Positions 38,895-47,260 of a stretch of DNA of 64,000 nucleotides are shown here, piece by piece; within the stretch, counting starts at the first letter, position 1, and every line of letters starts with the position of its first letter. The DNA is taken from IMG/VR virus record IMGVR_UViG_3300028423_000356, positions 71,503-135,502 of that record; one strand, 5' to 3'. The notes under the pieces were generated by a model. The model ran no database searches and had not been told where the DNA came from. It saw nothing but the letters and a program-made list of their open reading frames with translations. Origin of the DNA: a virus. Made by a program: the position numbers and the translations under genes.

Positions 38895-38902
38895 TATAAA
38901 TA
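38895..38902 (+). promoter_or_regulatory. T4-type late promoter for tmRNA
   Basis: TATAAATA directly upstream of tmRNA acceptor piece. Confidence 0.65.
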
Positions 38903-38907
38903 TAATT

Positions 38908-39242
38908 GTTAACGTTGAAACAACGTGGACACATTCTGGACCTGGGGGCGGTACCCAGCGACTCCACCATAGATACATTGTCTTGAACTAGAAGTGGCAA
39001 AAGCAACGAAAAAACTAAGTTACCCAGACTACTGGGTTACATGGGGGAGGATCCCATAGACAGTGTATCTTTGATGGGGTCGAAATAGGATCGACAGGTG
39101 TGAAAGTGAAGTGGAGTTAACCGTGGTGACTTACGATATTCGGTCAAACTTTATAACTGCAAACACAAACGCAGCGCCAGAAATGGCATTTGCTGCCTAA
39201 TTAGGTAAGCAGGGCGGGTACTGCCTGGTAACAGAAGTGCCT
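38908..39242 (+). ncRNA. ssrA: circularly permuted two-piece tmRNA, tag ANTNAAPEMAFAA
   Basis: 3' acceptor piece ..GGCGGTACCC..CGACTCCACCA ends at 38969, before 5' piece GGGGTCGAAATAGGATCGAC at 39076; G3-U70 pair; tag ORF 39159..39200; outer ends approximate. Confidence 0.9.
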
Positions 39243-39245
39243 TTT

Positions 39246-39253
39246 TATAAATA
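39246..39253 (+). promoter_or_regulatory. T4-type late promoter
   Basis: TATAAATA upstream of the membrane gene cluster. Confidence 0.6.
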
Positions 39254-39329
39254 GATTTATATAGAATCTGATAATTTATTTTAGATACGTCTTCTTTGGG
39301 TTTACAGATTCAAAACTAAGGAGATACTA

Positions 39330-39983
39330 ATGTTTAAATTCTTATTAATATCATTTTTTCTTATTTTACCTATTTCTGTTAATGCTGGAGAAATAGAGGT
39401 TAGAGGAGATTATATACTCTTCGAAGGTCAATTTAAAAAAGGTTCAGCACTTGCTTTAATGATGAAAATAGATGAAACAGGAATAAAAAAGGTTCACTTA
39501 AATTCACCTGGTGGTTTATCTAATGAAGGTTATTTGATGGGAAATGGTTTTAGAAATAAAAATATAACCGTTGTGGTTAAAGAAAATCACTCTTGTATAT
39601 CAGCTTGTGCAATCGCATTTCTTGGTTCTAAAAATCAAAAATTGGAAGGACTAATTGCATTTCACGTTGCTCATATACCCAAACAATTCCAGAAAAAGGT
39701 AAATCCAAGTGACGCACTAAAAAATGGTCAAATGATTGGAACTATGACAACGGAGTATTTTTATAGAATGGGTTACAATTTACAATTACAATATTTTATA
39801 ACACATTTTACAACAGCAGACACATTTTTGGTGTTTAAAAATTTAGAAGAACTACATACATTTAAATTTAATGAAGATAAACCATATAACATATTCAACG
39901 AATATAGTAATAAATGGATGGCAGAAAGAATATCGGGTTTAATGAGATTGAATTTTTTAAAGAAAATTGAAGGAGATATATAA
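39330..39983 (+). CDS. exported ClpP/crotonase-fold protein (COG3904-like)
   Basis: Signal peptide ending VNA; VHLNSPGG, CISACAIAFLG, IAFH. Confidence 0.7.
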   Translation: MFKFLLISFFLILPISVNAGEIEVRGDYILFEGQFKKGSALALMMKIDETGIKKVHLNSPGGLSNEGYLMGNGFRNKNITVVVKENHSCISACAIAFLGSKNQKLEGLIAFHVAHIPKQFQKKVNPSDALKNGQMIGTMTTEYFYRMGYNLQLQYFITHFTTADTFLVFKNLEELHTFKFNEDKPYNIFNEYSNKWMAERISGLMRLNFLKKIEGDI

Positions 39984-40453
39984 TGATATTTTGGAAGTGG
40001 TGGACTATTAATGTTTTATTTACAGTAGGGTTTGTATTTTCAGAATATAAATTCAATTCAATTTCTTATCTAATAGAAAATGACATTAGTTATCTTAGTT
40101 TAGTTATAATAACTATATTTGTCATAACAAACATTCAAATAGGTATAAAATGTTATAACTTACAATTCAATAATCAATATTTATATGAAGAAGATTTAAA
40201 TCCTAATTGGTTCAATTCTGATTTAGTTATGAGTATTGGTATGGTTGGAACTCTCTTGGGTTTTATATTAGTTCTTAACTCTGCATTTACAGATATGAAT
40301 CCTGAAAATACTGATAAGATGAAAGAAATTATTGCACAGGTTGCACAAGGTATGGGTGTTGCAATATTAACAACATTAACTGGATTGATTTCTTCTATTA
40401 TTTTAAAGTTTAATTTGGTTATGTTGGAGAAAGAAAATGCAAAAAAGATATAA
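39983..40453 (+). CDS. MotA/TolQ/ExbB proton-channel family protein
   Basis: Four TMs; IGMVGTLLGF..GMGVAILTTLTGL signature. Confidence 0.85.
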   Translation: MIFWKWWTINVLFTVGFVFSEYKFNSISYLIENDISYLSLVIITIFVITNIQIGIKCYNLQFNNQYLYEEDLNPNWFNSDLVMSIGMVGTLLGFILVLNSAFTDMNPENTDKMKEIIAQVAQGMGVAILTTLTGLISSIILKFNLVMLEKENAKKI

Positions 40454-41069
40454 CTCAAATCAAACATTTATGGATTTCATTCAAATAGTTGGTTTGGGAT
40501 TTATTGTATTGTTTTTAATCGCCTTTATGTTAATAAATCCCGTAGCAAAACAAGGTAAAATTGATCCAGTAACACAAATAATGATAAATGCGACTTGGGA
40601 TGAGAATGTTAATAAAGATATAGATTTGTGGGTTAGGGGTCCAGATGGTAGAACTATTGGTTTCAATAGAAAAGATGGTGAGTTTATAGTTCTGGACCGT
40701 GATGATTTGGGTAAAAACAATGATACTTATGAAGTTAATGGTGAACAGAAAGTGGTAAAAAGAAACATTGAAACTACAACTATTAATGCAATTGTTCCTG
40801 GAGAATATGTTATTAATATACACTATTTTGGATCTGGTTTCACATTAAAAAAGGATGGTTCTAGAGAAAAAGATGAATCACCAGAAAAGGTTAAAATAGA
40901 TATTATTGATATACATCCATTTAAAATTGTTTTATCCAGAGAAGTTACAGTTTCATATAGACAAGAAGTTACTGTTGCAACATTCATAGTAAATGAAGAA
41001 GGTAACATAGAAGACTTGAGAACGGATGTTAATATTAAAATATATAGAGCAGACGGTAGCAGACACTAG
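40437..41069 (+). CDS. ExbD/MotB-like TM plus YfaP-like periplasmic domain
   Basis: TM with Asp (FMDFIQ..LINP); W..DIDLWVRGPDG..LDRDDLG..PGEYVINIHYF. Confidence 0.65.
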   Translation: MQKRYNSNQTFMDFIQIVGLGFIVLFLIAFMLINPVAKQGKIDPVTQIMINATWDENVNKDIDLWVRGPDGRTIGFNRKDGEFIVLDRDDLGKNNDTYEVNGEQKVVKRNIETTTINAIVPGEYVINIHYFGSGFTLKKDGSREKDESPEKVKIDIIDIHPFKIVLSREVTVSYRQEVTVATFIVNEEGNIEDLRTDVNIKIYRADGSRH

Positions 41070-41080
41070 GAGAAAAAGAA

Positions 41081-41533
41081 ATGATGTATCAATTGTTATT
41101 TATATTGTTTTTAACGATTATAACTCTCATCACCATATCAATTATAATATATAAATCAAATGTCAATTTCATATATAAATTGGTTACCTTACCTTTACTA
41201 ATATTATTATTTTTAAATATTGCAGTATACACTTATGAAAATATGGGAAGACCTTTGAATAAATTTCCTGATTCGGAATTTGATTTATACCATTTTGAGA
41301 TAGTTAATGGTGGAGAAAATGTTATAATATGGGTTGATGATGATGGTTCAAGATTGTATAAAATACCATATAACAGAGAACAAGTTAAAAAGTTAAAAGA
41401 AGCAATGGAAAAAAAGAATCAACAAGAAGGTATAAGGGTTAAAGGTAAATTTAAAACAAATGATAAAAATGGCAGTAATTCCTTTGAATATGAAACAACA
41501 TTTAAAGAAGAAGGATACAATGCTGTAAAATAA
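41081..41533 (+). CDS. two-TM membrane protein
   Basis: Two N-terminal TMs, then MGRP..RLYKIPY soluble domain. Confidence 0.65.
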   Translation: MMYQLLFILFLTIITLITISIIIYKSNVNFIYKLVTLPLLILLFLNIAVYTYENMGRPLNKFPDSEFDLYHFEIVNGGENVIIWVDDDGSRLYKIPYNREQVKKLKEAMEKKNQQEGIRVKGKFKTNDKNGSNSFEYETTFKEEGYNAVK

Positions 41534-41555
41534 TATTAAGTGAGAAAGGTATATT

Positions 41556-42530
41556 ATGTGGAGATTCTACACTACTAAAAAATGGTTTTTATGGGCTTAT
41601 GTTGGTTCATTCACAATTCTAAGTTCAATATGGTTACAAGTTCAAATCGATGTCAAAATAAATGAATGGTTTGGTGAATTCTATGATATGATACAAAAGG
41701 CATTAGGTAATCCCAATGCAATTACAATGAATGAATATATAAATGGGTTAGTCTCTTTTGGTAAATTGGCCACACTATGGGTAATTTTGGGATTAATCAC
41801 GAGTTTTTTAACAGCCCATTTTCTTTTCCGTTGGAGAACATCTATGACAGAGTGGTATCATTCTGTTTATGATAGAGCAAGAACAATTGAAGGTGCTTCT
41901 CAACGTGTTCAAGAAGACACTATTAAATTCACTAGAATAATCGAAAATTTAGGAACTAATTTTATAGAATCTGTCATGGTTTTAATAGAGTTTTTCCCAC
42001 TATTACTTGGATTGTCTCTTGGTTTATCAATAATGTGGTTTGGTGACTGGGAGTATGGACTTGTTACAGGTGCTATTTTATGGGCAGTTGGTGGAACATT
42101 TCTAATGATACTTTTAGCTTGGATTTTAAGACTTGTTGGTATTGAATATGATTTGCAAAAAAAGGAAGCAGCATATCGTAAATTACTTGTTATTGCTGAA
42201 GATGATGGTTCTGTTAGACCCAAATCATTAGAAGAGTTATATGATGGTGTTAGAAAAATACATTATAAATCATATTTCCAATATTTGTGGTTTAATGTGG
42301 GTAGATTAGCATATTTACAGACAAATGTATTGGTTGCTTACATATTTTTAGCTCCGTCTATTGTTGCAGGAATTATGACATTAGGTGTTATGCAACAAAT
42401 TATAAGGGCATTTGGTAGAGTTCAAGAATCATTACAATATTTGTTTAAATCTTGGCCTGTTATAATTGAATTAGCTTCTGTATATAAAAGATTAAGAGAG
42501 TTTGAGAAAACTATAAAAAATATAAAATAA
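41556..42530 (+). CDS. SbmA/BacA-like peptide transporter
   Basis: INEWFGEFYDMIQKAL, FRWRTSM, IEGASQRVQEDT, EAAYRK.LV..ED, ELASVYKRLREFE. Confidence 0.9.
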   Translation: MWRFYTTKKWFLWAYVGSFTILSSIWLQVQIDVKINEWFGEFYDMIQKALGNPNAITMNEYINGLVSFGKLATLWVILGLITSFLTAHFLFRWRTSMTEWYHSVYDRARTIEGASQRVQEDTIKFTRIIENLGTNFIESVMVLIEFFPLLLGLSLGLSIMWFGDWEYGLVTGAILWAVGGTFLMILLAWILRLVGIEYDLQKKEAAYRKLLVIAEDDGSVRPKSLEELYDGVRKIHYKSYFQYLWFNVGRLAYLQTNVLVAYIFLAPSIVAGIMTLGVMQQIIRAFGRVQESLQYLFKSWPVIIELASVYKRLREFEKTIKNIK

Positions 42531-42592
42531 CTATTGACAAATAGGTATTAATAACTTATATAACATAATATCATAAAATGGAGAAATAAATT

Positions 42593-43273
42593 ATGAGTAA
42601 AGAATTAAAAAATAAAAAGAAGAATAAAAAGAAGAATAACAAAAAAGTCGAACCCAGTGTTATTCCAACCCCGAAACCACAATCTCCACCAATTCCTGTT
42701 CCTATGCCACCAATGTCAAATCAAAATAAACCAGCAGGTGAATATTTAAGAGAAAATGGGATATTGTTTATGGATAAAGAATTCAATCAAGATAATTGTA
42801 TGCCATTAGTTAAAGCAATTCTGGAATGGAATTTAATGCCAAAGGAAAAACAACCTGAAATTATACACCTTTATATCAACTCACCAGGTGGTTTAGTTGC
42901 TTCTGCTTGGCATTTAATTGATACTATTAAACAATCTAAAATACCAGTTTATACTTATGCAATGGGTATGGCGGCATCTTGTGGATGTTTATTATTGATG
43001 GCAGGTGAAAAAGGTCATCGTTATGTAACACAAAACACACATGTTATGTCACACGTTTATTCTGCTGGATCAGGTGGTAAAGAGTTTGATTTATTTGCAA
43101 GAGTGAAATCATTTGAACAGACTACAAAAAATATGATTAATCATTATAAGAAATGTACTGGTAAATCAGAAGAATACATTAGAAAGCACTTACTACCCGC
43201 TGAAGATGTTTGGTTAACACCAGAAGAAGCAATAGAACACGGTGTTGTTGACCATATTATAGAAACTTATTAA
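42593..43273 (+). CDS. clpP: ClpP protease
   Basis: LYINSPGG, AASCG (Ser), MSH (His), DVWLTPEEA.EHGVVD; promoter-like 42534. Confidence 0.9.
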   Translation: MSKELKNKKKNKKKNNKKVEPSVIPTPKPQSPPIPVPMPPMSNQNKPAGEYLRENGILFMDKEFNQDNCMPLVKAILEWNLMPKEKQPEIIHLYINSPGGLVASAWHLIDTIKQSKIPVYTYAMGMAASCGCLLLMAGEKGHRYVTQNTHVMSHVYSAGSGGKEFDLFARVKSFEQTTKNMINHYKKCTGKSEEYIRKHLLPAEDVWLTPEEAIEHGVVDHIIETY

Positions 43274-43283
43274 GGATAAAAAA

Positions 43284-43502
43284 ATGATTGATGAACACAT
43301 TATGAATGAAATCTTAGAAGAGGTTGAAGATGTTAAATCCAAAATAGATGGTAATGAAGATTTAGATAGAATTGATGCATTCAACCTCCATAAAAGACTT
43401 GAAAACAGTTTAAAATACTATAGTGATTTTTTAAATAGTTATCAATTAAAAATAATTGAATCATATAATAAAATATTATTAGATATTATAAAAAATAAGT
43501 GA
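43284..43502 (+). CDS. hypothetical protein
   Basis: ORF with aagga RBS. Confidence 0.55.
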   Translation: MIDEHIMNEILEEVEDVKSKIDGNEDLDRIDAFNLHKRLENSLKYYSDFLNSYQLKIIESYNKILLDIIKNK

Positions 43503-43512
43503 GGATACACAA

Positions 43513-43830
43513 ATGCTTTTGAATGAATATTACATAGGAATGGTTGAACATAATTCGAAAATGACTTTTCAACATATGTTAAGGTTTAATGAATATAAAA
43601 ATTATGAAGATTATTTAAAAAACTTTGAAATAGAAGATATCTTTAATAATGATTTTATGATGGATACTAAAATTGAAACTCATTCTTTTGTGAGTAAACA
43701 ATATGGTAATGTGAAACCTTTACTTGAAATAGAGTTAATTTATAATATACTAGAAATAATTGAAGATATGAAAAGTGAATTTGATTATCTTGCTAAGTTA
43801 TATTTTGCTATGGAGTTGAAAAATGGATGA
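43513..43830 (+). CDS. hypothetical protein
   Basis: ORF with gagga RBS. Confidence 0.55.
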   Translation: MLLNEYYIGMVEHNSKMTFQHMLRFNEYKNYEDYLKNFEIEDIFNNDFMMDTKIETHSFVSKQYGNVKPLLEIELIYNILEIIEDMKSEFDYLAKLYFAMELKNG

Positions 43831-44086
43831 TGAATTAGTTTTTTATAATAATAAAGACATTCAAACAGTTATTCAAAAAAGAATAGATGTTCTAATAAAT
43901 GATTTAATAGATGTTATGAATCAACAAATTCATTTACATGATTGGGGTCCAAGAGAAGTTGCTAAGAGACTCTATAAATTAGAATTATATTATGATTACA
44001 TAAATGATGAAGATAAAGAGTTACTTGATTTAGTAATAGAGGCAACAAAAAGGGGTTATAAGTGGCATTTTAGTCACACAAAATAA
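43823..44086 (+). CDS. hypothetical protein
   Basis: Overlapping start, ggag RBS. Confidence 0.55.
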   Translation: MDDELVFYNNKDIQTVIQKRIDVLINDLIDVMNQQIHLHDWGPREVAKRLYKLELYYDYINDEDKELLDLVIEATKRGYKWHFSHTK

Positions 44087-44159
44087 TTTTTTGTTACATA
44101 TTGATTTATGCATTTAAATTTATTATATATTATTATATAAGAATTAAGGAGTGTATAAC

Positions 44160-44339
44160 ATGCAATTTGTAAATGATAAAAATAACCCAGAATTATTGGC
44201 ATTAAATGTGAATGAAGAGGATGTAACCAATCTTCAAACCTGGATTAATAATATTAATAAAGATTTGAAAGAATGTGGTTACACCCATAAGTTTGAACTT
44301 AGCATAAACTCCAATGCTGTCTATCTAAATCACTATTAA
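44160..44339 (+). CDS. hypothetical protein
   Basis: aaggag RBS before ATG 44160. Confidence 0.5.
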   Translation: MQFVNDKNNPELLALNVNEEDVTNLQTWINNINKDLKECGYTHKFELSINSNAVYLNHY

Positions 44340-44347
44340 GAACAATC

Positions 44348-44686
44348 TTATGGATGTTCTCTAGCTTTAATTTTAAGACGAGCATTTTCTGATTCTAGAA
44401 ATTCTAGTCGAGTTTTATACTCGGCTACTTCTTCTTTTAAATCTGATACTAATTTACGAAGTTGATCGTTGGTGCTGCGTTCATCTAATAATTTTGATTC
44501 TAAAACTGCGACACGTTCACGTAAATCATCACGGTATAATTGAAACTCCTCATTTCTTTCTTTTTCTTTTTTTGCCTTTAATTCAGACCTTTTAGAAAGA
44601 AAGTTCCATATACCAGCAGAACCAAGAATACCAGCAATCGCCATTATTAAAGTATCTATGCCAATTGTAACTACTTGGTCCATCAT
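44348..44686 (-). CDS. single-TM coiled-coil protein (possible holin)
   Basis: ILGSAGIWNFL TM then coiled coil; aggag RBS. Confidence 0.55.
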   Translation of the reverse strand: MMDQVVTIGIDTLIMAIAGILGSAGIWNFLSKRSELKAKKEKERNEEFQLYRDDLRERVAVLESKLLDERSTNDQLRKLVSDLKEEVAEYKTRLEFLESENARLKIKAREHP

Positions 44687-44735
44687 GGTTTTCTCCTATT
44701 TTTTAGGTTAAGGTCAAAAACACATAATATACCTA

Positions 44736-44747
44736 TATTTATAAATA
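44736..44747. promoter_or_regulatory. overlapping divergent late promoters
   Basis: Palindrome TATTTATAAATA gives TATAAATA on both strands. Confidence 0.55.
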
Positions 44748-44779
44748 AAAGAAAATCTATAATTTAGGAGAAAGAACGA

Positions 44780-45502
44780 ATGGCGTTTTCTAGTTACTTA
44801 AATAATCATGGAATAGATATTGCTTCTGGACGTGTATTAAATACTTCATATAACCACATATTTGGTGCAGTTCCGAATATGAAAAATGACAAATCTGGTA
44901 CTGTGTGGGATGTGAGTGACACGTTTTACCCTTGGACAAATTTTGATAACCCGAATGTTTTAACTATACCACCAGTTAATTCATTAGATGTGAATGGTAA
45001 ATTGGTGGTTTATGGATTAGATGAAGATTATAATGAAATAAGTGAAGAATTTACTTTGTCTGATACAACATCTTCCGTTGGTCAAAAAGTATTCAAAAGA
45101 GTTTTTAAAGCGTTTTACAGTAATGGTTTTGCCGCTAACGTTGATGATATTGATATTGATATGAATAATATTACAGTTGCCAGAATTAAATCTGGTAAAG
45201 GTCAAACTTTGATGTGTGTTTATACTATTCCTGCAGGATATACAGGATATTTGACACAAGGTTCAACCACTGTTAAATATGGTGCTGATGCAACAATAGA
45301 TATGTTTATTAGATATAATAATGAAAATTCATTTAGAATAGGTCACACAGCCGAAGTTGCGGGAACAGGTATGCCTTATAATTATACATTTTCTATTCCA
45401 ATAATTATTCCAGAAAAAAGTGACATTGATATACATACATCAGTTAGAACAAACAATGCAAGAGTTACCGCCGCATTTGATTTAATAATGATAAAAAGGT
45501 GA
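44780..45502 (+). CDS. phage late protein (probable structural)
   Basis: TVWD, VYGLDEDY, GQTLMCVYTIPAG, PEKSDI. Confidence 0.55.
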   Translation: MAFSSYLNNHGIDIASGRVLNTSYNHIFGAVPNMKNDKSGTVWDVSDTFYPWTNFDNPNVLTIPPVNSLDVNGKLVVYGLDEDYNEISEEFTLSDTTSSVGQKVFKRVFKAFYSNGFAANVDDIDIDMNNITVARIKSGKGQTLMCVYTIPAGYTGYLTQGSTTVKYGADATIDMFIRYNNENSFRIGHTAEVAGTGMPYNYTFSIPIIIPEKSDIDIHTSVRTNNARVTAAFDLIMIKR

Positions 45503-45511
45503 TGTAAGGGG

Positions 45512-45539
45512 TTGACATAGGTAAGTTTTTATACTATAT
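45512..45539 (+). promoter_or_regulatory. sigma70-type promoter
   Basis: TTGAC-N17-CTATAT. Confidence 0.75.
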
Positions 45540-45564
45540 TATTAATATACAATGGGAGAAAATA

Positions 45565-46761
45565 ATGGTAAATAAAAACTTACATATGACACATATAGAA
45601 GATAATATCATTTACAATGGTGTTAATGGTATAACCACTACTATTAACCACATAAAAAACATTAGAGAAATGTTTGTGAATAATAATAAATTAAATATAA
45701 CCCAAAAATGGGATGGTTCACCTTCAATATTTGCTGGTGTCGATCCCAGTGATGGAAAATTCTTTGTTGCTAAAAAATCAATTTTCAATAAAAATCCTAA
45801 AGTCTATAAAACATTTTCTGAAATTGAAAATGATACTAAAGGTGATTTATGTGAAAAGTTGAAGATTGCGTTATCGTATCTACCAGAATTAGATATTAAG
45901 GGAGTGTTGCAAGGTGATTTATTATATACAAAATCTGATATTGAAATTGTTAAAATAAATGATATTGAATATGTAACTTTTCATCCTAACACTATTGTGT
46001 ATGGAATTGAGACTAATACTGAAACTGCAAATGATATATTAAAATCAGAAATTGGTATTGTTTGGCATACAGAATATAAAGGTGATTCATTTGAAAATAT
46101 GGAAGCTTCTTATCATATAGACACTTCTAATATTAAATCATCAAAAAATGTGTGGTCAATAAATGCTAAATTTAAATTGCCTAATACTCTTAACATCAGT
46201 TATAAAGATATTGATAAGATTAAATGTGATATAGAGAATGTGGAAGGTTTATTAAGTAAAGAATTATATAAAAAACTTGATAATTTACATAAAAATGATT
46301 CTATCCCTCGTTTAATAGAACAATATAGTAATACATTAGTTAGAAAAGGTGAATTTAATGATGATGTATATTCATATATAAATAAACTAAAAAGTTGGAT
46401 AATTGAAAAATATAATAACGAAATTGATAAGAGAAAAACTGAAAGAGGGAAAAATACCCAAAGGGATAAATTGAATGAAATCATATCCATTTTAGATGAT
46501 GATAATACAAATCTCGCCAATATATTTAAAATTCAAAGAATTGTAGTATCAACAAAGTTAAATCTTATAAATATATTAGATGGTTTAAACCCTTTCAATA
46601 CATTTGTTAAAACACATAAAGGTTATGAATTAACAGGTTCTGAAGGGTATGTAATTTTTAATAATTTAGGTAGTGAAGCAGTTAAATTAGTTAATCGTAT
46701 GGAATTTTCATATAATAATTTTTCTGCAAATATTATAAAAGGATGGGAAAAGACTAAATGA
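45565..46761 (+). CDS. RNA/DNA ligase-like covalent nucleotidyltransferase (DUF6267-like)
   Basis: HMTHIED, KWDG (I), QGDLL (III), EGYV (IV), VKLV (V). Confidence 0.65.
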   Translation: MVNKNLHMTHIEDNIIYNGVNGITTTINHIKNIREMFVNNNKLNITQKWDGSPSIFAGVDPSDGKFFVAKKSIFNKNPKVYKTFSEIENDTKGDLCEKLKIALSYLPELDIKGVLQGDLLYTKSDIEIVKINDIEYVTFHPNTIVYGIETNTETANDILKSEIGIVWHTEYKGDSFENMEASYHIDTSNIKSSKNVWSINAKFKLPNTLNISYKDIDKIKCDIENVEGLLSKELYKKLDNLHKNDSIPRLIEQYSNTLVRKGEFNDDVYSYINKLKSWIIEKYNNEIDKRKTERGKNTQRDKLNEIISILDDDNTNLANIFKIQRIVVSTKLNLINILDGLNPFNTFVKTHKGYELTGSEGYVIFNNLGSEAVKLVNRMEFSYNNFSANIIKGWEKTK

Positions 46762-46771
46762 AGGTAAAAAA

Positions 46772-47239
46772 ATGAAGAATGATATGTTAAGTTTTAAAGA
46801 TATGATGGTTTTACCAGTTGAGAATGGTGAAGATCCGTTTGTGAAATATCGTAGACAAAAATATAGAAAAACAGATACAACATCTGAAAGCGTTGAAAAA
46901 AACGACGAAGTTGAAGAAGAATTGAGTGTATCTGATCGTTTACAAAGATCAAGAAATATGAAGAAAAATAAAGCACGTCTTGCTCTTGCTAGAAAAAAAG
47001 CAATGCGTAGAAGTGCTAACATGAAAAGAATTAAAAATCGTGCCAGTAAATCTGCAAGAAAAGCGATGTTTATGAAACTATCAAAAGGTAAAAAACCATC
47101 TGAACTTCCAATGGCAAGAAGAAAAGAAATTGAAAAAAGGTTAAACCAACCACAATTTCAAAAAAGACTGTCAGTTGTTACTAAGAGAAGTCTACCTAAA
47201 GTTCGTGGACTAGATAGAGAAAGAAAATCTTCTAACTAA
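46772..47239 (+). CDS. basic hypothetical protein
   Basis: Acidic N-half, Arg/Lys-rich C-half. Confidence 0.6.
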   Translation: MKNDMLSFKDMMVLPVENGEDPFVKYRRQKYRKTDTTSESVEKNDEVEEELSVSDRLQRSRNMKKNKARLALARKKAMRRSANMKRIKNRASKSARKAMFMKLSKGKKPSELPMARRKEIEKRLNQPQFQKRLSVVTKRSLPKVRGLDRERKSSN

Positions 47240-47260
47240 ATAATATGAAAGGGTGAACAA

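Noticed and set aside
39983-41069. Calling the motor pair Zorya (zorAB) or flagellar motAB
   Set aside because: No long ZorA tail, no OmpA-like domain, no zorC/D/E
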